Assembly: GCA_037130865.1 (NCBI GenBank)
Contig: JBAXSG010000002.1
Span: 8,066-72,065 of the forward strand
Reading direction: 5' to 3'
From: Candidatus Tayloriibacteriota bacterium
Lineage (GTDB): Bacteria; Patescibacteriota; Minisyncoccia; Phycocordibacterales; PALSA-1337
Length of the DNA: 64,000 nucleotides
The notes under the pieces were generated by a model. The model was not told the origin of the DNA, ran no database searches, and saw nothing but the letters and a program-made list of their open reading frames with translations. The stretch's first letter is position 1. Every line of letters starts with the position of its first letter. The translations under genes and the position numbers were made by a program. This document shows, piece by piece, positions 10,495-20,165 of this stretch.

Positions 10495-11190
10495 ATGAAA
10501 ACAGTTCTCATCACTGGAGTTGGGCGCGGCATCGGCTGTGCACTCGCGGAAAAGTTCCTTGCCGATGGTTTCGCTGTGATCGGCACATCCATGACTGGAA
10601 AGGTAGATTTCAAACATAAGAATCTGACTGTACACCAACTCGATCTGACATTACCAGAGACAATCGATCGTTGTTGTTCAGATATAACCAGAGCTTGCCA
10701 AGCGTCTGGTCGTGGCATCGACATTCTTATAAATAATTCCGGAGTTATGTTCGACGAAGACGAAACAGAGGTGGTCATCGACAAGCTTCGCAAGACATTG
10801 GAAGTGAACTTGATAGGCGCCATAGACTTTACCGAACACATTCTTCCTGTGATGAACAAGCTCGGACATATAGTCAATGTCTCTTCTTCAGCCGGATCAT
10901 TGTATGACACAGAGTCTATAAAGAGATCACGATTCCCCTATCATTATCCGGCTTACAAGATATCCAAATGTGCATTGAATATGTATACGCGTTCATTGGC
11001 TCTACGCCTCACACATGAGGATACTGGCATAATAGTCTCTGCGGTCAATCCAGGCTGGGTCAAGACAGCTATAGGTGGCGACGAGGCCGACCTGACACCA
11101 GAACAAGCCGCGGAAAACATCTATAAGCTCGCAATTTCGGTTCCAGAAACAGGACAATTTTGGTTCAATGGAGAGAAGTATCCGTGGTAA
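10495..11190 (+). CDS. SDR-family short-chain dehydrogenase/reductase
   Basis: TGVGRGIG dinucleotide motif, NNSG, catalytic YKISK (YxxxK). Confidence 0.9.
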   Translation: MKTVLITGVGRGIGCALAEKFLADGFAVIGTSMTGKVDFKHKNLTVHQLDLTLPETIDRCCSDITRACQASGRGIDILINNSGVMFDEDETEVVIDKLRKTLEVNLIGAIDFTEHILPVMNKLGHIVNVSSSAGSLYDTESIKRSRFPYHYPAYKISKCALNMYTRSLALRLTHEDTGIIVSAVNPGWVKTAIGGDEADLTPEQAAENIYKLAISVPETGQFWFNGEKYPW

Positions 11191-11195
11191 AGAAA

Positions 11196-11222
11196 AACCG
11201 GTCGTCGAGCGACCGGTTTCGA
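11196..11222. terminator. hairpin terminator between convergent genes (stronger for the minus-strand gene)
   Basis: aaccggtcg-tcgag-cgaccggtt; the minus-strand reading has a T run after the stem. Confidence 0.5.
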
Positions 11223-11226
11223 CCTT

Positions 11227-11844
11227 TCATTTTGGCCAGAGTTCATCTGGGTCACGATAGAACACTTGCTTGCCATTAATGTTCACAGCATGAATCCATG
11301 TCTTCACAAAAAAGACACTAACAAGATCACCGACATGGGCCACTCTTCTCGGTAGAAGACGGCGCGAAAACTCCTGACGGCTTCTATCATCTCTTTTCCT
11401 GTTGTTCCAAAAAACAGAAAAATGTAACTGACTAACCTCGGTTATCAATCCGTCACGCCGCTTGATTGGCCCATGAAAACCCTTGGGTCGCACTGGAAAC
11501 GGACCGTATTTGTTCTTCTTCAGATCGCGAACTCGTCGATTGAGCCTTTTATGAATATCCCAGTTGACGTGACCAAACCAACTCATACTGTCTTTGTCTC
11601 CAGAAACAGCGACGACAAGTGGGAACAATCCGAGGATATCACTCTTACTACAACGACCAGATCTTCTCTCACAATGCAACGCACGCAAGAGAGTGCTCGC
11701 GAAGTGTTGCGCCTCTATTTCAGATACTACCTGGGTACTTTCCTTTCTTTTAGGGAACATTTCATCAAGGAGATTTTCAACTTGTGTGGAATAAGCGTCG
11801 TCGGCTAGCATTTGAAGCAATTCCCATATTTTTTGCTGGTTCAT
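11227..11844 (-). CDS. hypothetical basic (R/K-rich) protein
   Basis: The ORF track gives 11227..11907 with a TTG-type start. An internal MNQQKIWELL ATG at about 11844 is the more plausible start. No recognisable catalytic motifs. Confidence 0.4.
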   Translation of the reverse strand: MNQQKIWELLQMLADDAYSTQVENLLDEMFPKRKESTQVVSEIEAQHFASTLLRALHCERRSGRCSKSDILGLFPLVVAVSGDKDSMSWFGHVNWDIHKRLNRRVRDLKKNKYGPFPVRPKGFHGPIKRRDGLITEVSQLHFSVFWNNRKRDDRSRQEFSRRLLPRRVAHVGDLVSVFFVKTWIHAVNINGKQVFYRDPDELWPK

Positions 11845-11954
11845 ATTACCCTTTCTTGTTTTATTAAAGTTCAAACTATTTCTATTCCAAGAATATCCCA
11901 CAGCCAAAAATAATCTAGTGAGGACGTCCTAGATACCAAACAGACAAAGCTAGC

Positions 11955-12662
11955 TTATTTTTCTACTTGTTTAGACTCGTGGAAGAATAGAGGCATTTTA
12001 TCGATCGTGCCGTCTTTTATAGATTTCAAGATTTTAGACACGGACTCTATGGAATCGACCCTCGGTTCATCATTTTTCAATGCCTCATCCAAAGTAACCC
12101 ACTCATTGGTACCAAATTCGGTATGGGTCTTCAAATCTCCAATGACTTCATCTGCATAGCAAAGACAATAAATAATATCCGAAAAAAGTTCCTCACCAAC
12201 ATTCAAAATCCTTCTCTCAAAACCAAGGACTCTAAAATCCGCGCTCAGTCCAGTTTCTTCTTGAAGTTTTCGTTTGGCGCCATCGAGTACTTCTTCGCCT
12301 TTGCGGACACTGCCGCCCATGACTCCCTTCTTACCAAATGACGGATGTCTCTCGCGCACCTGATTCAATATCTGTATGCTATTTTTAGAGTTTTGGCTGA
12401 CTATTGTGATCACGTTCATCTTGAATAGGTTTGCCACCTCACCTTTGGGATTTAGAGGATATTCGTCTGCAACATGCTTTATACCAGCCGTAGATAGCGA
12501 GTACCCGTCATCCTCCTTCAAAACCAGACCTTTCTTGACCAAAAACTGCAGATGATAATTGAAAAGATCGCTGGTAATATCGCCCGGCTTCATATCGCTA
12601 TATCGAAGCTTTTGTGAGCTTAGAAGACGCGTCAGTATTTGATTTTGGATGTTTGAGGCCAT
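11955..12662 (-). CDS. N-terminal winged-helix DNA-binding domain fused to a C-terminal NUDIX hydrolase domain
   Basis: The Nudix box GGSVRKGEEVLDGAKRKLQEETGL (GX5EX7REUXEEXGU) is in the C-terminal half. The N-terminal about 70 aa is wHTH-like (ILTRLLSSQKLRYSDM...LVKKGLV). Confidence 0.7.
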   Translation of the reverse strand: MASNIQNQILTRLLSSQKLRYSDMKPGDITSDLFNYHLQFLVKKGLVLKEDDGYSLSTAGIKHVADEYPLNPKGEVANLFKMNVITIVSQNSKNSIQILNQVRERHPSFGKKGVMGGSVRKGEEVLDGAKRKLQEETGLSADFRVLGFERRILNVGEELFSDIIYCLCYADEVIGDLKTHTEFGTNEWVTLDEALKNDEPRVDSIESVSKILKSIKDGTIDKMPLFFHESKQVEK

Positions 12663-12668
12663 TGTGGT

Positions 12669-13265
12669 CTATAATTTCTTGAGAATAAAATTGAGATAAT
12701 TTCGTGATCCTGGCTTGAATTCTTCGAAATAAACTTTGGCAAATCCGGCATCGTGTAAGATCTTTTCTATCTCATTTTTCTGATAATAAGCGAAAAGTCT
12801 CGGTTTATCAACTCCAGAGCTTATATTATATTTTTCCTCATTACCTTCTATAAGTCCAAGACCAAATACTCCATCCGTCTTTAATATTCTGTGAATTTCA
12901 GCAAGAGCTGCGGACATTGAAGCTTTCGGAATATGAAGAAGCGATGTATAAGCCCAGGCACCATCGAAACTTTTATCAGTAAAAGGGATTATCATGAAAT
13001 CTCCGACTACAGCTTCCAAACCTCTCTGTTTACACATTTCAATCATAGACAGAGATGCGTCCAGACATACGACGGAACAGCCGGCATCTTTCAAGATAAC
13101 ACCATCTCGTCCTGGTCCACTACCGACATCGAGGACTTTGCCGTGGCCAACATTTTCTGTGAATTTCGAAATTATAGTCGCTGGAAATCTCTTCCAGAAA
13201 TCAGTGGTTTCCAGATCATATTCCTTAGCGAGCTTATTGTAAGTATCTATAGTTTTGTGGTCCAT
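12669..13265 (-). CDS. class I SAM-dependent methyltransferase
   Basis: Motif I VLDVGSGPGRDG, post-I acidic residue (LDAS), motif II/III-like segments. Confidence 0.8.
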   Translation of the reverse strand: MDHKTIDTYNKLAKEYDLETTDFWKRFPATIISKFTENVGHGKVLDVGSGPGRDGVILKDAGCSVVCLDASLSMIEMCKQRGLEAVVGDFMIIPFTDKSFDGAWAYTSLLHIPKASMSAALAEIHRILKTDGVFGLGLIEGNEEKYNISSGVDKPRLFAYYQKNEIEKILHDAGFAKVYFEEFKPGSRNYLNFILKKL

Positions 13266-13276
13266 ATAAATATATA

Positions 13277-14941
13277 TTATCTATTCGTGATGTGATCAAA
13301 AGCATATCTTAGCGTCCCTCCGACTTTTTTGCCAGGGTTAAATATACCCTTCGGATCCCATATCTTTTTTACTTGTTCAAACAAACTGTAGACTTCTTCG
13401 CCGTATTGCATTTTGACGAAAGGTGTACGGATGATACCGTCATTGTGCTCACCTGTTATGGAGCCGCCGAACTTATGAACTAGCTTATAGACGCGAACGG
13501 ATAGCTCTTCGATTATCTTATGAGATTTTGGATTATGTAGATCCATAAGTGGAATGATGTGGAAATTACCATCGCCAACATGTCCAGCTATAGTATAAGT
13601 CAATCTGTATTGATCCAAAATATCATAAAGTTGTGGCAAAAATTCCGTAAGATGTTCTGGTTTGACTACAAAATCATCTATGAAAGGCGCTGTGCGTAGT
13701 TTACTTGCATGTTTGCGTAACATATTGAAGCTCTCACGACGAATCACCCAGTATTTATTGGTAGCAGCGGCAGATCTAGTCACTTCAGTGCTCATACCCA
13801 TAGCCCTGATAGCTTTCTCGGCCTGCTCAGCAGCATATACGGCTCCTTGCGGTGTATCAGAGGTGAACTCCGCCATAAGGACCATTTTCGGCACACCGCC
13901 GCGTATAACTGCCCACAGCTCAGGTAGAAAACTGATAGCCAGACGAAATATATTGCCCTTTAGTTGTCCAATTAGAGAAGGTAGAAATTTCACCGCCACT
14001 CGAAATGTGTGGTCGTCATAGGACTCGAAACTCTCTGGTCTGAACTTCATTATCTCTGCAGCTACGTGGCCTAGACTCTTCATATCCTTCAAGAAAACAA
14101 CTAGAAGTCTAGAATGTGGCTTCGGCTTTATAAGAGCAAACTCTATCTCTGTCACTAAACCCAATGTCCCCTGTGAGCCGACAATCATCTTTGTTAGATC
14201 AAAAATCTTTTCAGTACCGCTTCCTCCTAGTGCTGGTCGATCATACATGACATTCCAGAGATAATACCCGCACGAATTCTTCGAAACAGTCGGACGAGCT
14301 TTTTGTATAATATCGTAATTCGTATCTATAAGTTCATGCATCTTGCGATATATCTCGCTCTGTATATTCGGAAATTTCTTCTGTTGTTCCAATTCTTGAA
14401 GTGTTAGTGGTCTGAATTCATATTCTTTACCATCTGCCAAAACTACTTTCAGTCGACGAATATACTTCTCAGTCTTACCGTAAGTGAGCGTCTTTTCTCC
14501 ACCGGAATTATTGGCAACCATACCACCAACCGTGCAAATCTCACGCGAAGCTGGATAACTTGGAAGTATTTGACCACCGTGAGCAACGGTCGCTTTATCG
14601 AAATCTCGATAGTACACTCCGGGTTCGACGATAGCATAACCATCTCCAACTTCTTTTATATGATTGAAATATTTATTAAAATCTACTATGACCGATTGGC
14701 CAAGTGGTCCACCACTCATATCTGTACCAGCTGAGCGAGCAGTAATATTCATCGAACCTGCCAGAGAATGATCACTGACATACTGCACAAGTTTACTGAG
14801 AATATTAACATCTTTAGGCTGAGCCAATGCTTCTGGTTTCACTTCAAATATGCTCGCATCATGCGATACATTGAAAAGTGTCTGTGGAAATATATCAATC
14901 TCACATCCAGTGAGCTCTCTTATCTCTTTAGCATTGATCAC
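13277..14941 (-). CDS. FAD-linked oxidase (GlcD/D-lactate dehydrogenase-like; FAD_binding_4 + C-terminal oxidase domain)
   Basis: N-terminal PCMH-type FAD-binding region (SAGTDMSGG...), about 550 aa, typical of D-2-hydroxyacid dehydrogenases / alkyl-DHAP synthase-like proteins. Confidence 0.75.
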   Translation of the reverse strand: MINAKEIRELTGCEIDIFPQTLFNVSHDASIFEVKPEALAQPKDVNILSKLVQYVSDHSLAGSMNITARSAGTDMSGGPLGQSVIVDFNKYFNHIKEVGDGYAIVEPGVYYRDFDKATVAHGGQILPSYPASREICTVGGMVANNSGGEKTLTYGKTEKYIRRLKVVLADGKEYEFRPLTLQELEQQKKFPNIQSEIYRKMHELIDTNYDIIQKARPTVSKNSCGYYLWNVMYDRPALGGSGTEKIFDLTKMIVGSQGTLGLVTEIEFALIKPKPHSRLLVVFLKDMKSLGHVAAEIMKFRPESFESYDDHTFRVAVKFLPSLIGQLKGNIFRLAISFLPELWAVIRGGVPKMVLMAEFTSDTPQGAVYAAEQAEKAIRAMGMSTEVTRSAAATNKYWVIRRESFNMLRKHASKLRTAPFIDDFVVKPEHLTEFLPQLYDILDQYRLTYTIAGHVGDGNFHIIPLMDLHNPKSHKIIEELSVRVYKLVHKFGGSITGEHNDGIIRTPFVKMQYGEEVYSLFEQVKKIWDPKGIFNPGKKVGGTLRYAFDHITNR

Positions 14942-14956
14942 GTTTGTATTATAGAC

Positions 14957-16852
14957 TTACTTACGACCAGCGCGCAATGCATTGATTATAGGTATGAAGT
15001 CTGTCAAGAAATTGTAAGTAGCAGCACCGGCTGGACCAAGCAGTCCTAGTCCTGGTATGCCGACAGTCACCCAGACCAACCCGAAAGCATTTGTAATACC
15101 CCATATCCAGAAACTGGCAACCATAACACGGCGGACTTTCTGTGCCATAGATATTATCTCCGGGACCCGATCTATATGATCCTTCATGATTGTGACATCG
15201 GATGCTTCTATCGCCGCATCAGCACCTATACCACCCATGGCGATGGAGACATCGGCTAGAGCTAAACTAGCAGCATCATTTACACCGTCTCCAATATACG
15301 CGACTGTACTCTTGGTAGAACTGTGTTCTTTCTCAAATTTGCGAATAAAGTCAACCTTACCTTCTGGTGTTAGATCTGAATGATAATGTCTAAGATTCAA
15401 TTCACGGGCTATAAGTGAGGCTGCCTGGCTATTGTCTCCGGTCAGCATATGCCATTCTAGTACACCAACTTTTTTAGTGTCGGTAATTATAGTTGTAGCC
15501 TGTGGACGAAGTTCATCAACATATGAAAGCAGTCCGACAACTTCCCCATTTATTGAGAGGCAAACTATACCACGGCCAGAATCTTTCTCTGTCTGAATAT
15601 CTTTCTTGACTACTGCAGAAATACGCGAACCACGCGCCTCCATGAAAGATGCGCGACCCATCAACATAGCTTCACCGTCATGACTAAAAGATATTCCTTG
15701 TCCTGGTATCTCTTCTAACTCATCCGGCAGATGCGGCTTGATACTATAAGCAACGGCATATTCCATGATTGCGCGCGAGACGGCATGTCTAGACTCGGCG
15801 GCACCACCGACAAACCTCTTGGCTATCTCTTCGCGAGTCCAGAGACCGTACATCTTCACATCCACCACCTTTGGCTTACCGCGAGTAAGTGTCCCCGTCT
15901 TGTCCGTGAGTATATACTTAACCTTAGAAAGCTGTTCGAAAGCGCTGGACCCTTTCACTATAACTCCACGCCTAGCCGCATAAGCAATAGCTGCTGTATA
16001 AGCTAGTGGTACTGCCACCGCAATATCATCGGCACAGACGACCAATAAAATAGAGAGAATTATCTTCGGGTGTATGCCATATATATACATGCCTATAGAC
16101 AAAACTAAGGATATGACTATATACCACTGCGTAAATCTATCAGCAGCCAGTTCAGATTGATTCTTATCTCGACTTGCCTCTTCGACCAAAGAAACCATTC
16201 GTGCAAGAGTAGTATCTGCACCAACTCTTTCTGTCTTTACAATAAGCGATCCGGATTCATTCATTGTCGAAGTGAAGACCTTGTCACCATTCTTCTTCGG
16301 CACAAGTTCGCTCTCACCAGTCAGAGTTGATTCATCTACTTCGGCTATACCAGACATCACAATTCCATCCACCGGGATACGATCGCCAGATTCTACCAAG
16401 ACAAGGTCACCTGTTCTGACTTGGCTTATATGTACTTCTTTTACGGTGTCACCGATACGGATTCGTACTGATTCCACATGATATTTCATAAGACTCTGGA
16501 TCGTCTTCTTGGCTCTAGCTTGAGTGATTTGATCGAATACACGAGCAAAGGCCAGCATCAGAGTGATAAATGCCGCGGAAGACCATTCATGAGATATAAG
16601 AGAAAAAGCTAGAGCTATAGTAGCTAGCATGTCTACAGATATTTTCTTTTTTACAAGAGTCTTCAGAGCACTTATAGCTACAGGTATTATTCCGAAAAAT
16701 GCCAGCGCTGCCATAACCTGATGAAGCCATGGTGTTGTAGAGAAAATTTCTGATATAAGAAGAGATCCTGTTGATACGATCAGAATAATATCAAAAGTCA
16801 TAAAGAACTTTTCTTCAAATTGAGCTAGGGTTGGAAAGTGTTTCGATGACAT
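14957..16852 (-). CDS. P-type ATPase, P1B-like (heavy-metal pump architecture: 4 TM before the actuator domain, no N-terminal metal-binding domain)
   Basis: DKTGTLT phosphorylation motif, GDGVNDA, TGES actuator motif. The TM metal-site position reads CAD(D) instead of CPC/CPx. Confidence 0.8.
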   Translation of the reverse strand: MSSKHFPTLAQFEEKFFMTFDIILIVSTGSLLISEIFSTTPWLHQVMAALAFFGIIPVAISALKTLVKKKISVDMLATIALAFSLISHEWSSAAFITLMLAFARVFDQITQARAKKTIQSLMKYHVESVRIRIGDTVKEVHISQVRTGDLVLVESGDRIPVDGIVMSGIAEVDESTLTGESELVPKKNGDKVFTSTMNESGSLIVKTERVGADTTLARMVSLVEEASRDKNQSELAADRFTQWYIVISLVLSIGMYIYGIHPKIILSILLVVCADDIAVAVPLAYTAAIAYAARRGVIVKGSSAFEQLSKVKYILTDKTGTLTRGKPKVVDVKMYGLWTREEIAKRFVGGAAESRHAVSRAIMEYAVAYSIKPHLPDELEEIPGQGISFSHDGEAMLMGRASFMEARGSRISAVVKKDIQTEKDSGRGIVCLSINGEVVGLLSYVDELRPQATTIITDTKKVGVLEWHMLTGDNSQAASLIARELNLRHYHSDLTPEGKVDFIRKFEKEHSSTKSTVAYIGDGVNDAASLALADVSIAMGGIGADAAIEASDVTIMKDHIDRVPEIISMAQKVRRVMVASFWIWGITNAFGLVWVTVGIPGLGLLGPAGAATYNFLTDFIPIINALRAGRK

Positions 16853-18124
16853 TTAATTTAGCTTTGTTATATCCCTTGGAAAAAATAATTGGAGCGTCCA
16901 CTCGAACATTATGCGCAAGCGTTTTTTCAATGAAGCAAACTTCGATAGATATGTAGTGCGCCATATCCACCATGCAAAACGACCTTTTATGATGCGATTG
17001 AATACTTCACCAACAGCAAACCATTTACCGACAGAGACCAAACTACCATGCGACTTATACGAAAAGGTCTTGAGTGTTTTTTGATTTATAGATGCCATAA
17101 TATTGTCCGATACAATATCAGCTTGTTGAACAGCCACTTGTGCTAACATCGGTTGAACACCAGCCGTATCACCAAGAGCAAAGACGCGCTCGTCATTGTT
17201 TACACGAAGAAAACTATCTGTATCCAGTCTGCCGTTTGTGGACATAGTCGATCCAGCATTGGCCAGACCATCACTACCAATAAAATCCAGTGTTATGGAT
17301 TTTACTCCAGCAGCCCAAATCACAGTAGAGGTAGGTATAGTGTCAGCAACAGAACCGGTGGTCAATGAAAGTGTGTGTGAGGTGACATTGATTACTCTGG
17401 CATCGAGACGGACATCAACACCTTTCGCTTTTATATGATCGAGTACAGACTTACGCAGGACTGGACTAAATTGTTGTACAAGTTCCGCGCCAGCATGTAT
17501 GAGAGTGATCTTGACTTCATTTCTATCAAAAAGGTTACTGTCAAAATAATAACGATCTACAATACCATGCACAAATTCTGTGAGTTCAGCGACAGTTTCT
17601 ACTCCAGTCGGACCACCTCCAACCACAACAAAAGATAGGAGCTGGGCACGTTCGATCGGATCATCACACATCACAGACTCTTCAAAACAATCTATGATAT
17701 GTGTGCGAATATTTACAGCATCACTTAGACTTTTCAGTGGTAAACAATATTTCTCTGCTCCTGGTATACCGTAATAATTCGTCTCGGCCCCAGTTGCGAT
17801 CACTAGATAATCATAAGGTAATGTATGTTGTGAACCAATACTAGACATATGGACTCTATGCTCTCCAAGGTCTACTGATTTGACGATCCCCTGACAAAGA
17901 GCTATGCCAGTACCAGCGAAAACTTCACGAAGCGGTTCAGCAACACTTGTAGGACTGAGCGAACCAGTGGCCACTTCATGCAAAAGTGGTGTAAACAAAA
18001 AATAATTGGTCTTATTTACGATAGTGACATCTATAAGTCCTGCTTTGACATGCTTAGCAAGCTTCTTGGCAACATAAGTACCACCAAATCCAGCGCCAAG
18101 TATAACTACATGAGGTTTAAGCAT
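16853..18124 (-). CDS. ndh: type II NADH dehydrogenase-like FAD/NAD(P)-binding oxidoreductase (NDH-2 family)
   Basis: Two Rossmann GxGxxG motifs (VVILGAGFGGTYVAKKL; VVVGGGPTGVETVAEL) and C-terminal amphipathic/membrane-associating region; about 420 aa. Confidence 0.8.
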   Translation of the reverse strand: MLKPHVVILGAGFGGTYVAKKLAKHVKAGLIDVTIVNKTNYFLFTPLLHEVATGSLSPTSVAEPLREVFAGTGIALCQGIVKSVDLGEHRVHMSSIGSQHTLPYDYLVIATGAETNYYGIPGAEKYCLPLKSLSDAVNIRTHIIDCFEESVMCDDPIERAQLLSFVVVGGGPTGVETVAELTEFVHGIVDRYYFDSNLFDRNEVKITLIHAGAELVQQFSPVLRKSVLDHIKAKGVDVRLDARVINVTSHTLSLTTGSVADTIPTSTVIWAAGVKSITLDFIGSDGLANAGSTMSTNGRLDTDSFLRVNNDERVFALGDTAGVQPMLAQVAVQQADIVSDNIMASINQKTLKTFSYKSHGSLVSVGKWFAVGEVFNRIIKGRFAWWIWRTTYLSKFASLKKRLRIMFEWTLQLFFPRDITKLN

Positions 18125-18151
18125 GTATTCATTTTAACATACTCACGAATC

Positions 18152-18907
18152 TTATAATCCCGCCAAACGGATTGCTCCAAACAAAACTGCTACACCTACC
18201 AATGTCATAAGAGTGGTTAGAAATTTCGGATGAGCATGTTGACTCTCTGGTATAAGATCGCTAGCTCCAATGTATAGGAAAAATCCAGCAAACAAAGCAA
18301 GGATGATACTGAGTCCTTGTTCTGGAACCCTGAAGAAGAGTGTCGCCACAACACCCAAAACTGGCGCGATAGCATCTGCTATAAGCCAACGAAAAGCGTG
18401 CTTGGAACCATTCCTCAAAATCATATTCACTGTGTTTATACCATCAGAGAAGTCATGTACCAAGACGGCCACTGCGACAATAGAACCGATAGCTGTCGAG
18501 ACTTGAAAAGCTAGACCAATAGCCACACCATCCAAGAAACTGTGTAGACATAAACTACCAGCACCTAGTATTCCACGCGAATGTTTATTCTCAACATGAT
18601 TAATCTCCACATGACCACTGTCATGTTCGCTTGAATGATCATGAAAATGCAAAAAGATGAGTCGATCGAGTAAGAGATATATTATAAAACCCAGCGCTGT
18701 TATCTCCAGTATTGTATTGTTTGAGAAATATTTGCTACCAAGATCTAGTGATTCCGGAATCAGATCGAAGAATGCTACAGCAATTACCGCACCAGCTGAA
18801 AAACCTAGAATAAGGTGCAGCTTGTCTTTCAATTTGAGAGCAAAAAGTCCACCAAGGAGCGTGGCAAAAAATGTAGCTATTGAGATTAAGATAATTGTAC
18901 TATTCAT
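18152..18907 (-). CDS. ZIP family metal (Zn/Fe) transporter
   Basis: Eight TM segments, His-rich loop (HDHSSEHDSGHVEINHVENKH), conserved HSFLDGVAIG motif. Confidence 0.85.
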   Translation of the reverse strand: MNSTIILISIATFFATLLGGLFALKLKDKLHLILGFSAGAVIAVAFFDLIPESLDLGSKYFSNNTILEITALGFIIYLLLDRLIFLHFHDHSSEHDSGHVEINHVENKHSRGILGAGSLCLHSFLDGVAIGLAFQVSTAIGSIVAVAVLVHDFSDGINTVNMILRNGSKHAFRWLIADAIAPVLGVVATLFFRVPEQGLSIILALFAGFFLYIGASDLIPESQHAHPKFLTTLMTLVGVAVLFGAIRLAGL

Positions 18908-20144
18908 ATCGTAATGCCTCTATCGGACTCTTCTTCGAAGCCTTACTAGCCGGATAACCACCAAATATCAATCCGATCAAAGCTGAGACTCCAAAGCCGA
19001 GTCCAGCACCTCCCCATGGAAATATGAACTGCCAGTTAACACCCAAGCCCTTCGACAAAATCAAAGCAATTATGAATGCCAGCGATGAACCTAGAATAAT
19101 GCCTATGATACCACCGAGAATTGTCAGCATAACCGCTTCTATCAAGAACTGCCACAATATATCTCCATCTGTAGCACCAAGCGCCTTGCGTAGTCCGATC
19201 TCGCGGGTTCTCTCTGTTACCGCGACGAGCATTATATTCATGATGCCGACACCACCAACAAATAGCGCAATAGAAGCCACAGCAACAAGAAACCAAGTCA
19301 AAGCTCCGGTTATAGTCGATAGACGATTGGCTAGATCCTGTTGTGTTTGTACCGTAAAGTCCTCTTTCGTCGAATCGGTTATTCCGTGCGAGTCACGCAA
19401 TGTCATACGTATATCATCTGCCGTCACGGTAACTGCCGCATCGGAAACTGCCTGGACAATGATACGTTGAAAATACTTTATACCTAGCAGATAATTCTGC
19501 GCTGTTGTATATGGGACGATAGCCATGCTGTCGAAGTTGAAGAGAGATCCCCCACCAGAAGGCGGTAATGCTGCAACAATCTTGAAGTTACGTCCTTTGA
19601 TCTTTATTTTCTGACCAACAGGATCCGCGTCAGCGTTGTCGAAGAGATGCTCAACAACTTTCGAACCAATGACCACAACATCATTGCTTGAGACTACATC
19701 ATCTTGTGTGAAGAAGGATCCATATTTAGGATTCAAGTCAAATATACTGGCCATGAGATCCGTAGCTCCAAATATACTAACCTGGTATGTATTGGCTTCA
19801 AATGAAGCTATATCAGCACCCAAGACTGTCGGCATTATGGACTTTAGGCCTGGGACATTGGCCTTATTCTGCAATGCCACAAGATCCTTCGGCTTCAAGG
19901 AATCACCATATAGTTGTGCAGAGTCGGATGGTCCAGTCGGTTCGCGACCAGGTATGATGGCTATTGTATTTGTGCCGAGACCTTGAACCTGTCCCAAAAT
20001 AAGATCTTGCGCACCAGCACCAAGCGACACCACCAACATGATAGCTGTGATACCTATCACAATACCTAGAACAGTCAGAAAAGATCGTGAACGATTTGTA
20101 GTAAGTCCCGTCAATGCTGTTTTCATTCTGTGGCGTAATGTCAT
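18900..20144 (-). CDS. ABC transporter permease, FtsX/MacB-like (second copy)
   Basis: Paralogue of 8373..9599 with the same C-terminal GIMNIMLVAVTERTREIGLRKALGA region. Confidence 0.9.
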   Translation of the reverse strand: MTLRHRMKTALTGLTTNRSRSFLTVLGIVIGITAIMLVVSLGAGAQDLILGQVQGLGTNTIAIIPGREPTGPSDSAQLYGDSLKPKDLVALQNKANVPGLKSIMPTVLGADIASFEANTYQVSIFGATDLMASIFDLNPKYGSFFTQDDVVSSNDVVVIGSKVVEHLFDNADADPVGQKIKIKGRNFKIVAALPPSGGGSLFNFDSMAIVPYTTAQNYLLGIKYFQRIIVQAVSDAAVTVTADDIRMTLRDSHGITDSTKEDFTVQTQQDLANRLSTITGALTWFLVAVASIALFVGGVGIMNIMLVAVTERTREIGLRKALGATDGDILWQFLIEAVMLTILGGIIGIILGSSLAFIIALILSKGLGVNWQFIFPWGGAGLGFGVSALIGLIFGGYPASKASKKSPIEALRYE

Positions 20145-20165
20145 ATTCTTTGATAATTATCTGCT

